Assembly: GCA_037445065.1 (NCBI GenBank)
Contig: JBBILD010000006.1
Location: forward strand, 96,001 to 160,000
Reading direction: 5' to 3'
DNA length: 64,000 nucleotides
Source of the DNA: Myxococcales bacterium
Lineage (GTDB): Bacteria; Desulfobacterota; Binatia; HRBIN30
Shown here piece after piece: positions 42,926 through 52,215 of the stretch. Numbering within the stretch: position 1 is the first letter of the stretch; every line of letters starts with the position of its first letter. Both the position numbers and the translations under genes were made by a program. A model generated the notes under the pieces. It made no database searches. It was not told where the DNA came from and saw nothing but the letters and a program-made list of their open reading frames with translations.

Positions 42926-44022
42926 GAGTCAAGATGGCGCGCGGTTGTTGCTCTTTTTCCCCACAGGCCTGGGATGAACGTCTGGCACTGAGGGCAGCGG
43001 CCGTCTTCCAAGCGGACGCGGAGGACGCGAAACCCCCGCCGCTCCACCACCGTCGTCTTGCAGTTCGGGCAGCGTGTATTCTCGTAAGCTCCGACCTGGC
43101 CCGGAGCGTTGCCAGCATACACGAATCGCAGTCCGGCGCGCTCGCCGAGCTCCGCCGCGCGCAAGAGCTGCTCGATTCGGGTGCCGTCCCGGTCGGTCAT
43201 TTTGTAATCGGGATGGAAGGCTGTGACATGCCAAGGAATGTCTGGCGAAACGCTGGCGAGAAATTCGACCAGTGCCCGCAGTTCCTCCTCGCTGTCGTTG
43301 AAGCCAGGTACAAGCAAGGTCACGACTTCCACCCACACGCCGAGTTCGACCAGCCTGCGGATCGTCTCCTTGACCGTCTCTAAGACCCCACCGAGCTTGC
43401 GGTAGCGCCGGTCATCGAAGCCCTTGAGATCCACTTTGTACGCGTCAATCACCGGCCGCAGGTATTCCAAAACCTCTGCGGTTGCGTTCCCGTTCGACAC
43501 GTAGGACGTCAGGAGCCCTCGCGCCCGCGCCGCGCGGAAGACCTCTGCGGCCCATTCGCTGGCGATCAAAGGTTCGTTGTACGTGCTGGTGACCATTTCG
43601 GCTCCGTGCTCGACCGCCAGGCGGACGATCTCTTCGGGCTCGATTCTCTTGGGCGGAACGCCGGCGATGGGGTCCCGCAACGCCTGCGACGTAATCCAGT
43701 TTTGGCAGTAGGCGCAGTGGTAATCGCAGCCGAGCATGCCGAAACTCAGCGCCAATGCCCCAGGAAGTACATGGAAAAACGGTTTTTTCTCGATCGGGTC
43801 GCACTGCAGTCCGGCGACGTAGCCCCAGGGAACGTAGAGTTTGCCCTGGCGATGAAAGCGGACTTTGCAAATTCCGACCTTGCCTTCCGGCAGATAACAC
43901 CGATGGCCACAGGCCAGGCAGCGCAAGCCTCCATCGGCGCTCGGCTGCACCAGGTCCGAGCGCGCCACGCTGAATTGCTCGATCCACGCCTGCAGCGTTT
44001 CTTGAGCTGCCGTTTGTTTCAC
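42898..44022 (-). CDS. amrS: AmmeMemoRadiSam system radical SAM enzyme; GTG start inferred
   Basis: CLACGHRC..GICKVR, DPIEKKPFFH, GCDYHCAYCQNW (CX3CX2C), TYNEP, WHVTAFHPDY, C-terminal CPNC..CPQC. Confidence 0.9.
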   Translation of the reverse strand: MKQTAAQETLQAWIEQFSVARSDLVQPSADGGLRCLACGHRCYLPEGKVGICKVRFHRQGKLYVPWGYVAGLQCDPIEKKPFFHVLPGALALSFGMLGCDYHCAYCQNWITSQALRDPIAGVPPKRIEPEEIVRLAVEHGAEMVTSTYNEPLIASEWAAEVFRAARARGLLTSYVSNGNATAEVLEYLRPVIDAYKVDLKGFDDRRYRKLGGVLETVKETIRRLVELGVWVEVVTLLVPGFNDSEEELRALVEFLASVSPDIPWHVTAFHPDYKMTDRDGTRIEQLLRAAELGERAGLRFVYAGNAPGQVGAYENTRCPNCKTTVVERRGFRVLRVRLEDGRCPQCQTFIPGLWGKRATTARHLDSWVPRPIAW

Positions 44023-44218
44023 GGCTTGTTGTATAGAGGCAGCTCCGACTGCGAACAATTCCAGCCATGGCGCATCGCTACGGGAGACGGCTCCGCAGGT
44101 GCGGGGACCACCAATGCCTGGTCGATGGGCCGCGGGCGTTTGTGGCCAGTACGACCTGACGCACCGCGCCAGCCGGATACCATGAATCCGGGAGCTGTGC
44201 TTTAACGGGCGCATGGTG

Positions 44219-45220
44219 ATGCGTCGACTGGGGCTGGCGGCAATCGGGGCATTGCTCGCAGGGTTGTTCGTTTGGTGGTGGTGGGCGGTGGAAGAGCGAC
44301 GAGAAATGGCGATTCGGGGCTCGGGAATCATCGAGGTGACCGAGGTGGACGTAGCGTTTGAGGTGCCGGGAACGATCGCCGAGCGCTATGTGGACGAGGG
44401 AGCGCTGCTCGATCGAGGGGAGCCCATCGCGCGGCTGGACGAGCGCGAGTACCGCCTGCAAGTCGAGCGCTGGCAAGCCGCGAAGGCTGCGGCCGAGGCG
44501 CGGTACGAGCTATTGAAGCGAGGTCCCCGCGGACAAGAAGTGGATCAGGCGCTAGCGGCATTGGAGTCGGCGCAAGCGGAATTCGAGGTTCGCCAGCGCG
44601 ACTTCTCGCGAGTCGAAGAGCTGTTTCGCCGAGGAGTGGTTTCCCAGGCAGAGTGGGATCGCGCTCGGGGGGCTCTAACCGCCGCGCAAAGCGCGCGCGA
44701 TGCCGCACGCTCCCGGCTCGAGATGTTGAAAGAAGGGTTTCGTACCGAAGAAATCGAGCAGGGACGTGCGCAGGTACGCGAGGCCGAGAAGGCGTTGGCG
44801 ATTGCGGAACTCAACTTGGCGCGCTGCCAGCTCTTTGCTCCGATCGCGGGGCGAGTGCTCTCCAAAAACCGTGAGGTGGGAGAAGTCGTGGGCCCCGGGA
44901 CCCCGGTGGTGACCATGGGTGATCTCACTTTTGTTTGAAATACTTGGTACGTGAGCGAGCGCGACCTCTGCAAGTTGCGGCTGGGGATGGCGGGGCGCGT
45001 TTACGTGGATGCGTATCCAGGCCGGCCCTTTCCAGCACGGGTGAGTTACATCGCGGACAAATCCGAATTCACGCCGAAGAACGTCCAGACCCAGGAAGAG
45101 CGCGCCAAGTTGGTCTATCGGGTCAAGCTGGAACTCGCGAACGAAGAGGGGATTCTCAAGCCAGGGATGCCTGCCGATGTAGTGATCCCGCTCGACTCTG
45201 CAGTTGCCGAAGGCCACTGA
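44219..45220 (+). pseudogene. HlyD/YbhG-like efflux periplasmic adaptor interrupted by in-frame TGA (44936-44938)
   Basis: SGIIEVTEVDVAF..APIAG..DLTFV*NTWYVSERDL..EFTPKNVQT.EER.KLVYRVK, all in one frame. Confidence 0.75.
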
Positions 45221-45240
45221 TCCATCATAGGTGACGAGAG

Positions 45241-46218
45241 ATGGCGGCAGCCATCGAGGTACGGGATCTGGAGAAAGAGTATCCGCAGGGCACACGTGCG
45301 CTGCGCGGGGTCTCGTTCGAGGTAGAACGCGGGGAGTTGTTCGGGTTGGTGGGTCCCGACGGAGCGGGAAAAACCACCTTGCTTCGCATTCTGGCAGGGC
45401 TGCTCACACCAAGCCGCGGCAGCGTGCGGGTGGACGGCATCGATGTCGTGCAAGATGCTGCGGCGGTAAAGGAGCGGATCGGATACATGTCGCAGCGCTT
45501 TAGCCTGTGCGAAACACTGACGGTCTTGGAAAACCTGTTGTACGCGAGCGAAATTTGGCACCTGCGCCCGCAGCAGCGCAGAGAGCGGATCGCGCAGCTA
45601 CTGCGTTTCAGCCGGCTCGCCCCGTTTCAGAACCGCCTCACGCGCAACCTCTCCGGCGGGATGAAGCAAAAACTCGCCTTGAGTGTGGCGCTCGTGCATC
45701 ATCCGCGTATTTTACTTTTGGACGAGCCGACCATCGGTGTGGACCCTCTTTCGCGCCGGGATTTCTGGCTGATCTTGTACGAGCTGTTGCGCGAGGGTTC
45801 GACGATTTTCTTGTCCACTCCATACATGGACGAAGCCGAGCGGTGCTCTCGGGTTGCGTTTTTGCTGGACGGGCGCCTGATCGCAGTGGGGAGCCCGGCG
45901 GAGCTGCGCAAGTCGCTGCCCGTTGTCGTGTTGGATTTGCACTGCGCCGATGCTCGCCTGGCGCGCACGCGTCTCAGCCAACTCTCACGCTTTGCACATC
46001 TCGCCCCATTCGGCGAGCACCTCCATGTGACGATCCCGCGGGAGGGCGTGGACCCGAAAGAGTGGGTGGAAGCGGCGCAAGCAGCGGGCGTGGGGGTGCG
46101 GAGCTGGCGGGTTAGCGAGCCATCGCTGGAAGACGTGTTTTTGTTCCTTGCCGCGAATCGAGCGCGCGAGCAGGCAGGGCTACCGGGTGCACCCTCGGCA
46201 CCACCCACGCTCGGCTAA
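45241..46218 (+). CDS. ABC transporter ATP-binding protein (YbhF/drug-export type)
   Basis: GPDGAGKTT, LSGGMKQK, LLLDEPTIGVD, STPYMDEAE. Confidence 0.92.
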   Translation: MAAAIEVRDLEKEYPQGTRALRGVSFEVERGELFGLVGPDGAGKTTLLRILAGLLTPSRGSVRVDGIDVVQDAAAVKERIGYMSQRFSLCETLTVLENLLYASEIWHLRPQQRRERIAQLLRFSRLAPFQNRLTRNLSGGMKQKLALSVALVHHPRILLLDEPTIGVDPLSRRDFWLILYELLREGSTIFLSTPYMDEAERCSRVAFLLDGRLIAVGSPAELRKSLPVVVLDLHCADARLARTRLSQLSRFAHLAPFGEHLHVTIPREGVDPKEWVEAAQAAGVGVRSWRVSEPSLEDVFLFLAANRAREQAGLPGAPSAPPTLG

Positions 46219-46228
46219 AGAGCGCGGC

Positions 46229-46951
46229 TTAGGGCGCACACCCGGCCAGTGCCACCCCCACGGCGGCAATGAGTTCGTCAACGGTAATGATCCCGTCCTG
46301 GTTGGCATCTCCGGCGGCGCACTGTGCAAGCGGGGCCTGTTCGAGAGCGATGTTTACCATGAGTAAGACGTTGTTGATCGTGACTTCCCCGTCGCCATCG
46401 CAGTCCCCGATACACCCCGTTGGAGGTTGCGTGGGAGTGGGGGTTGGAAAGGTGCCTTCACCTTGGCAGGTGCCGAGGATGCAATCGCTATCGTCCACAC
46501 ACGCAAAGCCGTCTCCGGAACATACGCGGCCTGTGGCCCAGCAAAGCGAACCGGGGCAGTGTTCGTTGCGTAAGCAGGACAAGCCCTTGAGTTCCCCTCC
46601 AAGGCAAATCTTCTGCGTGCCTCGACAGGGCGCCGCCGAGCCGCAGTTGTACGCGGGATCGCAGCACTCGCCCTGATATGGGCCGCCCTCGCAGGTGCCG
46701 AGTTCGGGATCGTTTGTGCAGGAGCCGACGCTCGAGCATTGGCTTCCCGGACAATCACAGTCGAAGCCGTCGTCTGGGCCACCGTCGCAGACTCCCTGTG
46801 CGACCACGCAGGAGCCGCTCGGGCAGTCTTCCACGCGGGCGCACGGGCGGCCGTCGTTCGGTCCACCGGAGCAGAGGCGTTGTTGAGCCAGTAGTTCGCT
46901 AGCGAAGGAGCACGCGAGCAGCAGGAAGAAGGCGCGGGCGGTTGTCATCAT
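46229..46951 (-). CDS. Secreted Cys-rich repeat protein with C-terminal dockerin-like domain
   Basis: Signal peptide; CxGGxxxGxxC repeats; PTPTPT linker; CIGDCDGDGEVT..DANQDG.IT.DEL..GC. Confidence 0.85.
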   Translation of the reverse strand: MMTTARAFFLLLACSFASELLAQQRLCSGGPNDGRPCARVEDCPSGSCVVAQGVCDGGPDDGFDCDCPGSQCSSVGSCTNDPELGTCEGGPYQGECCDPAYNCGSAAPCRGTQKICLGGELKGLSCLRNEHCPGSLCWATGRVCSGDGFACVDDSDCILGTCQGEGTFPTPTPTQPPTGCIGDCDGDGEVTINNVLLMVNIALEQAPLAQCAAGDANQDGIITVDELIAAVGVALAGCAP

Positions 46952-47062
46952 TGTGTTTCAGCTATTCGCGTTTGGCGCAGCAGAGTCAACGCTTTCGTTT
47001 CGCACTGGCATAGCAACCGGGGGTTCGCTACTCGAACAAGCCCGCCGCAAGGAGGAAGCGAG

Positions 47063-47623
47063 ATGGCTGCGACTCCGTCCAAGATGGTTCCCCTAGGCAC
47101 CAAGGCTCCATCGTTTCGATTGCCCGACCCTGCGGGCAAAATCGTTTCCCTTGACGATTTCGCTGACAAACCGGCGCTCCTCGTAATGTTCATCTGCAAC
47201 CATTGTCCGTATGTGAAGCATATCCGCTCGGCTTTGGCACAGTTCGCTCGGGAGTATGTTCCGAAGGGCCTAGCCATCGTCGGGATCAACTCGAACGACA
47301 TTTCCCAGTATCCGGAGGACAGCCCGGAGAAGATGGCTGAGGAGGCGCGCGAGGCAGGGTATATCTTTCCCTACCTCTTCGATGAGACGCAGGAAGTTGC
47401 GAAGGCGTACGGGGCGGCGTGCACTCCGGATTTCTTCCTGTTCGACCGCGAGCGAAAACTGGTGTACCGCGGGCAATTCGACGACAGCCGCCCTGGCTCG
47501 AACGTCCCAGTAACCGGGGCCGACTTGCGCGCCGCGGTGGACGCAGTACTGGCAGGCCGACCTGTGCCCGAGAAACAGAAGCCGAGCTTGGGCTGCAATA
47601 TCAAGTGGAAGCAGGCCAGTTGA
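47063..47623 (+). CDS. Thioredoxin-fold AhpC/TSA family protein
   Basis: FICNHCPYV, GINSND, GAACTPDFF, YRGQFDDSRP, SLGCNIKW; AGGAGG RBS. Confidence 0.9.
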   Translation: MAATPSKMVPLGTKAPSFRLPDPAGKIVSLDDFADKPALLVMFICNHCPYVKHIRSALAQFAREYVPKGLAIVGINSNDISQYPEDSPEKMAEEAREAGYIFPYLFDETQEVAKAYGAACTPDFFLFDRERKLVYRGQFDDSRPGSNVPVTGADLRAAVDAVLAGRPVPEKQKPSLGCNIKWKQAS

Positions 47624-47639
47624 GGAGCGCGCCCGCACC

Positions 47640-48623
47640 CTAAAACCGGTCCGAGATCCAGTACACACTGCGTTCGGGCGGAAACAGCTCGGCCCATAGG
47701 GAATCCTGCTCGGTAGAGGCGAGTGAAGTTCCCATTTTCGATGCAAGCCGGCGCGGGTCGAGCACCCGCCACATGCAGAACAAGTCCTCGACGCGGTTCA
47801 GGGTGAGGCCGCGCACTTGCAGAGCGGCACGGATCTCTGGCTCATGCTCCAAGTGGGCAAGCGTACCGGGGAGGTGCGAGGCTCTGCGCTCGTGGTGGGC
47901 CAGTGCGAGTTGGACCAAGGCCTGGGTGTGACCGGGTGCAAAAGCGTGCTCCATGACCACGTTGAGGTCGAACAACTGTGTGGCGCGCGCGTATGCCAAG
48001 ACTTGTCCATGCTGGCAGGCGACCAGGAAGGACTCGTCTGGGTTTCCCGCGTAACGGAGCTGGCCTTGCCAGTAGGCTACGTCACGGATGGTGCAGCCGT
48101 ACAGCGCCTGCGTGTACGCGTCGTACAGGGCGCGCACGGCGGGCAAATCGTCGCGAGCAGCTGGCCGGACTTCATAGGTGGGTGGAGTGTCATCCGCGGC
48201 CGCGGTGCCGGTAATCAAGGTCAGGAGCCGGGGGTGGCTTCGATAACCGAGGGCTCCGTAGAACTCGAGTCGGGAGGCAAACAGTAGCGACACCTCGAAG
48301 GGCTGCGCGGCGAGCTGCTCTAGGCCGAAGCGCAGCAACTTGAAGGCGAGGCCGCGCCTGCGGTCAGTTGGGGTGGTGAACACGTTGCCGACTCCAGCGA
48401 CTTCGATTTCCCCGCAGGAAGCGCGAACCCGTTTGCGGAAGACCTGGAAGGTGCTCACGATCCGAGGTCCATCGCAAGCGACAAAGCAGAGATCGTCGCG
48501 AAACGCTGGATCGTGGTAAAAGTAGCGGGCAAAAAAATCGCGGTCCCCGTACCACTCGCGCAACAAATCCAAAACCGCCTCTCGCTCACCCGGGCGAATG
48601 GAGCGGAACTCGATGCACGACAT
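47640..48623 (-). CDS. GNAT acetyltransferase (Eis-like tandem GNAT)
   Basis: GVGNVFT.PTDRRRGLA, SLLFA..FY..LGY, second GNAT-like half. Confidence 0.8.
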   Translation of the reverse strand: MSCIEFRSIRPGEREAVLDLLREWYGDRDFFARYFYHDPAFRDDLCFVACDGPRIVSTFQVFRKRVRASCGEIEVAGVGNVFTTPTDRRRGLAFKLLRFGLEQLAAQPFEVSLLFASRLEFYGALGYRSHPRLLTLITGTAAADDTPPTYEVRPAARDDLPAVRALYDAYTQALYGCTIRDVAYWQGQLRYAGNPDESFLVACQHGQVLAYARATQLFDLNVVMEHAFAPGHTQALVQLALAHHERRASHLPGTLAHLEHEPEIRAALQVRGLTLNRVEDLFCMWRVLDPRRLASKMGTSLASTEQDSLWAELFPPERSVYWISDRF

Positions 48624-48677
48624 GGGAGGCCAGCTTCCATAAAGCGCACGGCGGGGCAAGGGCTCGCAGGCCGCGAG

Positions 48678-49895
48678 TCAGGAATCGGTGCGAGAGGCAC
48701 CCGAGAAGCGATCGTTCGGCTGCCCGGGGAGGTCGGGCGGGAACCAGAGGGCAGTATCGTCACGCAGCAAAACTGCGAGCCCAACGAGTTCGACACCCAG
48801 TACGGTTGCTAAGAGGCTGGTGGCGAAGAGCAGCCAGCGCGCCGGCGCAAAAACAGGCCAGGACGTAGAGAAGAGCCACAACGCGGCGGTCAGCACGCCC
48901 ACCGACCCGGCAAGGCAGGCCGCACGGAACAGCGGCTGGGCAGAGACCCCGCCCCAAGCACGGGGAAAGCGTTGCGGCGGAACGCTGGCGGGCATGGCGG
49001 CAGCGATTTGTGCGAGAATGGCCAAGCCCGCGCGCGATCCTGCCGCGCAAGCCCACAGCCAGGTGACAAACTCGAGGAGAGTTTCCGGGATCGATCGGGC
49101 AAGCACGAGAAAGCCAGCCATCGTCAAGCTGCAAACCCAGAAAAACCGACACGCCCAGCGACGCAAGCCCGCGAAGGCGCCGTTCGCCCGAGGTCTAAGC
49201 AATGAAGGGGGCGAGCGATCGAACCAAAGCCCGCGGCTGGCACCGGTCCAGGGCCGCATGTTTTCCGGCGCTGGTTCAGGTGCCGGAACGGACGCCACTG
49301 CGACACCGATCTTTTGCAGTGCTGCACGCAGCGATGACGCATCGAGTTCTCCGGTCAGGTCGCGTAGCGCTTGAGCAAGAACGGAAGTGGGCCCCAAACA
49401 GGCGAACCAGTGGCTCTGGGGAGTGACGCTTTGCTGTGGGCGCGAGGCTTGTGGGGTGGGCTGCCACGGCCCATCAGCGCTTACGGGAGCCTCCATGATT
49501 GCCACCCGATCTGAGGTCTCCGCCACCGCCTGCACCAAAGCAAAGAGAGCCGCCGGGTTGCGCGCCAACCCAACCGTAGCCAGGCAAGTGAAACTGCCGC
49601 GAGCGCTGGCGAGCGCCCTTCGGTATACGGCACTCGAGCTTTCCCCCGAACGAGCCGGCAACAATTGCACCGACCCCACTTGTATCGGCTCTTGTGGGGG
49701 AGCGTCCGCTACGTGGGTCTCGAGCACCACTACCTCCAGTCGCGCGAAACCGTAGCCGGCGAGCTTTTCCTCGAGCGCCAGTACGCGGTCGAGAAGCGAG
49801 GCGAGGGAGCCCCCCGAAGGTGCAGGCACGATGAGCGAAAGTCTCCCTCCGCTCACAAGAGGCCGCTCGCAGCTTGGTTCCCCACCCCTCGGCAT
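48678..49895 (-). CDS. Hypothetical membrane protein, possibly a degenerate GT2-like N-terminus plus TM helices
   Basis: LSLIVPA..LEVVVLE..ALASARG pattern without DxD; ~4 C-terminal hydrophobic helices. Confidence 0.5.
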   Translation of the reverse strand: MPRGGEPSCERPLVSGGRLSLIVPAPSGGSLASLLDRVLALEEKLAGYGFARLEVVVLETHVADAPPQEPIQVGSVQLLPARSGESSSAVYRRALASARGSFTCLATVGLARNPAALFALVQAVAETSDRVAIMEAPVSADGPWQPTPQASRPQQSVTPQSHWFACLGPTSVLAQALRDLTGELDASSLRAALQKIGVAVASVPAPEPAPENMRPWTGASRGLWFDRSPPSLLRPRANGAFAGLRRWACRFFWVCSLTMAGFLVLARSIPETLLEFVTWLWACAAGSRAGLAILAQIAAAMPASVPPQRFPRAWGGVSAQPLFRAACLAGSVGVLTAALWLFSTSWPVFAPARWLLFATSLLATVLGVELVGLAVLLRDDTALWFPPDLPGQPNDRFSGASRTDS

Positions 49896-49989
49896 GGGCA
49901 GTATTTTGCTGCAGGTGCTGGCACGAAGCACGAGGAAAAGTTTGCCTCAGCGCCGGGGGCCACTTGCCGCCAGTTAGCCGCGGAAGCGT

Positions 49990-51291
49990 TCAGCGCTTGC
50001 GCGGCCCTTGGCTAGCCCGGGGGCGACTGGGTTTACGACTGCGCGGTGGTTCCTTGGAGCATCGCCGGGCGATTCGCTGCATGAGATCGAGGGCGTATAC
50101 CAGTTCCGGGTACAGCAAGGGTTTCCCGCTGGTCAGGATGGCGCCGGCGAGCTGGCGCTCAGGGTCAGCCCAGCCAACGATGTTCGTAAATCCCAAGTGG
50201 CCAAAGGCATGCTCTGTGTCGAAGCCGTACAGGCTCAGGTAGCGCGCCCCTAACATGAAGCCGAGTGAGTAACGCAGGGGAAGGCCGAGGCTCAAATCAA
50301 TTTCCCACCCGGTGTGCGGCAGCGTTGCGCGTCGAACCGTACGGCGGTCGAAGATGCGCTTGCCGTCGAGCGTGCCTCCATTCAGCAGGAGTTGGTAAAA
50401 ACGGCTCAGTTCAAAGGCGGTGGTCACGATATTGCCAGCGGGTACAATCGCGCGCAAAAAGCGGGGATCGTTGGAGAGTTCGGTGGCGCTGCGCATGTCC
50501 ATCCCGATGGCTTTGTGCAGCATGGTGGACAGCGGGGGCAACGGCGGCGGCCCGGTGAAGACGTTGTAAGCCACCTTCGGGATGTCCTTTTCCTCGACGC
50601 CATAATTGAGCCAGCGGAAGCCGAGAGGCTCTCGGATGTTGTGGGTAAGGAACGTGCGGATGTCGCTGCCCGTGATCCGGTGCACGATTTCGCCGAGGAT
50701 AAATCCGCCCGTCATTGCGTGGTACGCTGCCACTCTTCCCGCAGGCCACACCGGCCGCAAGTCGCACAAGATCTCGACAATCCGCTCCGGATGTTCGAGA
50801 TGGTTCAGATCGAGGGCTTCCGGCGGCAGGTGAGGAATTCCGGCGCGGTGGGCGAGGACATGGCGGATGGTAATCCATTCCTTTCCGTGCCGGGCGAATT
50901 CGGGGATGTACTCACAAACCGGATCATCGAGGTGGATCAGGCGGCGCTCGTCCAGCATGTGGATCACCATGGCGGTCACCGCTTTGGACGCCGAAAAAAT
51001 CGTAAATGGCGTGTCGAGGGTGCAGCGAACCTTCTTACCTTCCGCTGGGTCGTGTGGGCCGCCACCCCGCGCGTAGCCCAGTGCGCGATGGAGGAACACC
51101 TCGCCATGTCGCCGCAGGCAGATTTGCAGCGCGGGATGCAGGCCAGCGGCGAAGAAGCGCTCGGCTGCTTCCCAGATCTCCTCGACCGCTTTGCGGTCTA
51201 GCCCCACGGCGCGGGGGTCCACTTCTTCTCCGCGCTCGGTAATCGCCGAGAGGTCCTCTGGTAGTGGACAACGCTCTACCAACCAGTTCAA
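49990..51291 (-). CDS. Serine hydrolase, beta-lactamase fold (LipE-like esterase)
   Basis: FSASK, LDDPV..YIPEF, HRAGIP, YHA, FGHLG. Confidence 0.87.
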   Translation of the reverse strand: MNWLVERCPLPEDLSAITERGEEVDPRAVGLDRKAVEEIWEAAERFFAAGLHPALQICLRRHGEVFLHRALGYARGGGPHDPAEGKKVRCTLDTPFTIFSASKAVTAMVIHMLDERRLIHLDDPVCEYIPEFARHGKEWITIRHVLAHRAGIPHLPPEALDLNHLEHPERIVEILCDLRPVWPAGRVAAYHAMTGGFILGEIVHRITGSDIRTFLTHNIREPLGFRWLNYGVEEKDIPKVAYNVFTGPPPLPPLSTMLHKAIGMDMRSATELSNDPRFLRAIVPAGNIVTTAFELSRFYQLLLNGGTLDGKRIFDRRTVRRATLPHTGWEIDLSLGLPLRYSLGFMLGARYLSLYGFDTEHAFGHLGFTNIVGWADPERQLAGAILTSGKPLLYPELVYALDLMQRIARRCSKEPPRSRKPSRPRASQGPRKR

Positions 51292-51341
51292 AGGTGCTTT
51301 TCCTTCCGCCAGCGCCTGGCCACTCCTTCCCTGTTGTTGGG

Positions 51342-52106
51342 TTAGGTGCCTAGCGGCTTCCTGGTTGCCTCAAGTGGAGAGGCGGCCCTCTCGACGGGCT
51401 GTGCAGGCTCGGCAAACAGATAACGCGAAATCAAGTCGGAAAGCGCAGCCACAACGGCCTCCACCTCCACGTCCGCCTCCCCTAACATCGCTCGGGAGGT
51501 GGTCCACTCCACCGCTGCGTGCAGGACGAAGGCAGCCGTACCAAAGTCGGTCACGCGCAGGCGACCCGCGCGCGCGAGGACCTCGAACAACTGGATCATG
51601 GCGGCCTTGACTCGCTGCTCGATTGCCTCCACGGCCTTGCGAAACTCCGGGTCCTTGAAGTACCGCTCCCACAAGATCCGCTGCAGACCAGGTTGGATGG
51701 TGCGCGAGTGGAACAGCGCGTCAATGAGCTGGCGCACACTCGCTTGCAGATCCGCCCCGAGCCAGAACTCCGGTTTGAGCCGCTCGACTACCAGGTCGGC
51801 GATTTTTTGCGTGGTCTCGTCGAGCAGCTCGAGCAGAATGGACCGCTTGTCGGGGAAGTACCCGTATAACGTTCCGACCGCAATTCCTGCCCGCCGGGCA
51901 ATGGCCGAAGTGGTCGTTTCATCGTACCCGCGGTGCTCGAAGCACCACACGGCCGCTTTCAGAATATCGTTCCGCGTCCGCTTGCTGCGCGCCTGTTGGG
52001 GCGTGCGCACGCGCGGCCGGCGTGCCCGCGCGCGCTGCCGCCCGAGCTGAAAGCGGCTTGGGTCGAGAACCTCCGAGCCGCGACCGCGGCTGCCAAAACT
52101 GGGCAA
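51342..52106 (-). CDS. TetR/AcrR family regulator; TTG start inferred
   Basis: PQQARSKRT..GYDETTTSAIARRAGIAVGTLYGYFPDK. Confidence 0.9.
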   Translation of the reverse strand: MPSFGSRGRGSEVLDPSRFQLGRQRARARRPRVRTPQQARSKRTRNDILKAAVWCFEHRGYDETTTSAIARRAGIAVGTLYGYFPDKRSILLELLDETTQKIADLVVERLKPEFWLGADLQASVRQLIDALFHSRTIQPGLQRILWERYFKDPEFRKAVEAIEQRVKAAMIQLFEVLARAGRLRVTDFGTAAFVLHAAVEWTTSRAMLGEADVEVEAVVAALSDLISRYLFAEPAQPVERAASPLEATRKPLGT

Positions 52107-52128
52107 CGTTCCACCCTCCCGAAAATTT

Positions 52129-52178
52129 GAAATTGAGTTCACATTCCTATTGACTGCAGGGAGCGCGAGGCGTAATCT
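52129..52178 (+). promoter_or_regulatory. Putative TetR operator plus sigma70 promoter of the di-iron gene
   Basis: GAAATTGAGTTCACATTC (GAAnnTGAnnTCAnnTTC palindrome) abuts TTGACT(52150)-N17-TAATCT(52173). Confidence 0.65.
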
Positions 52179-52215
52179 CCTGTGCCGCAAAACCTCAGCG
52201 AGGAAGGAGCGATCC

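Noticed and set aside
44936..44938. Selenocysteine or genome-wide TGA recoding
   Set aside because: The position corresponds to Trp rather than Cys in this family, no SECIS-like hairpin is evident, and TGA is a normal stop in many genes here
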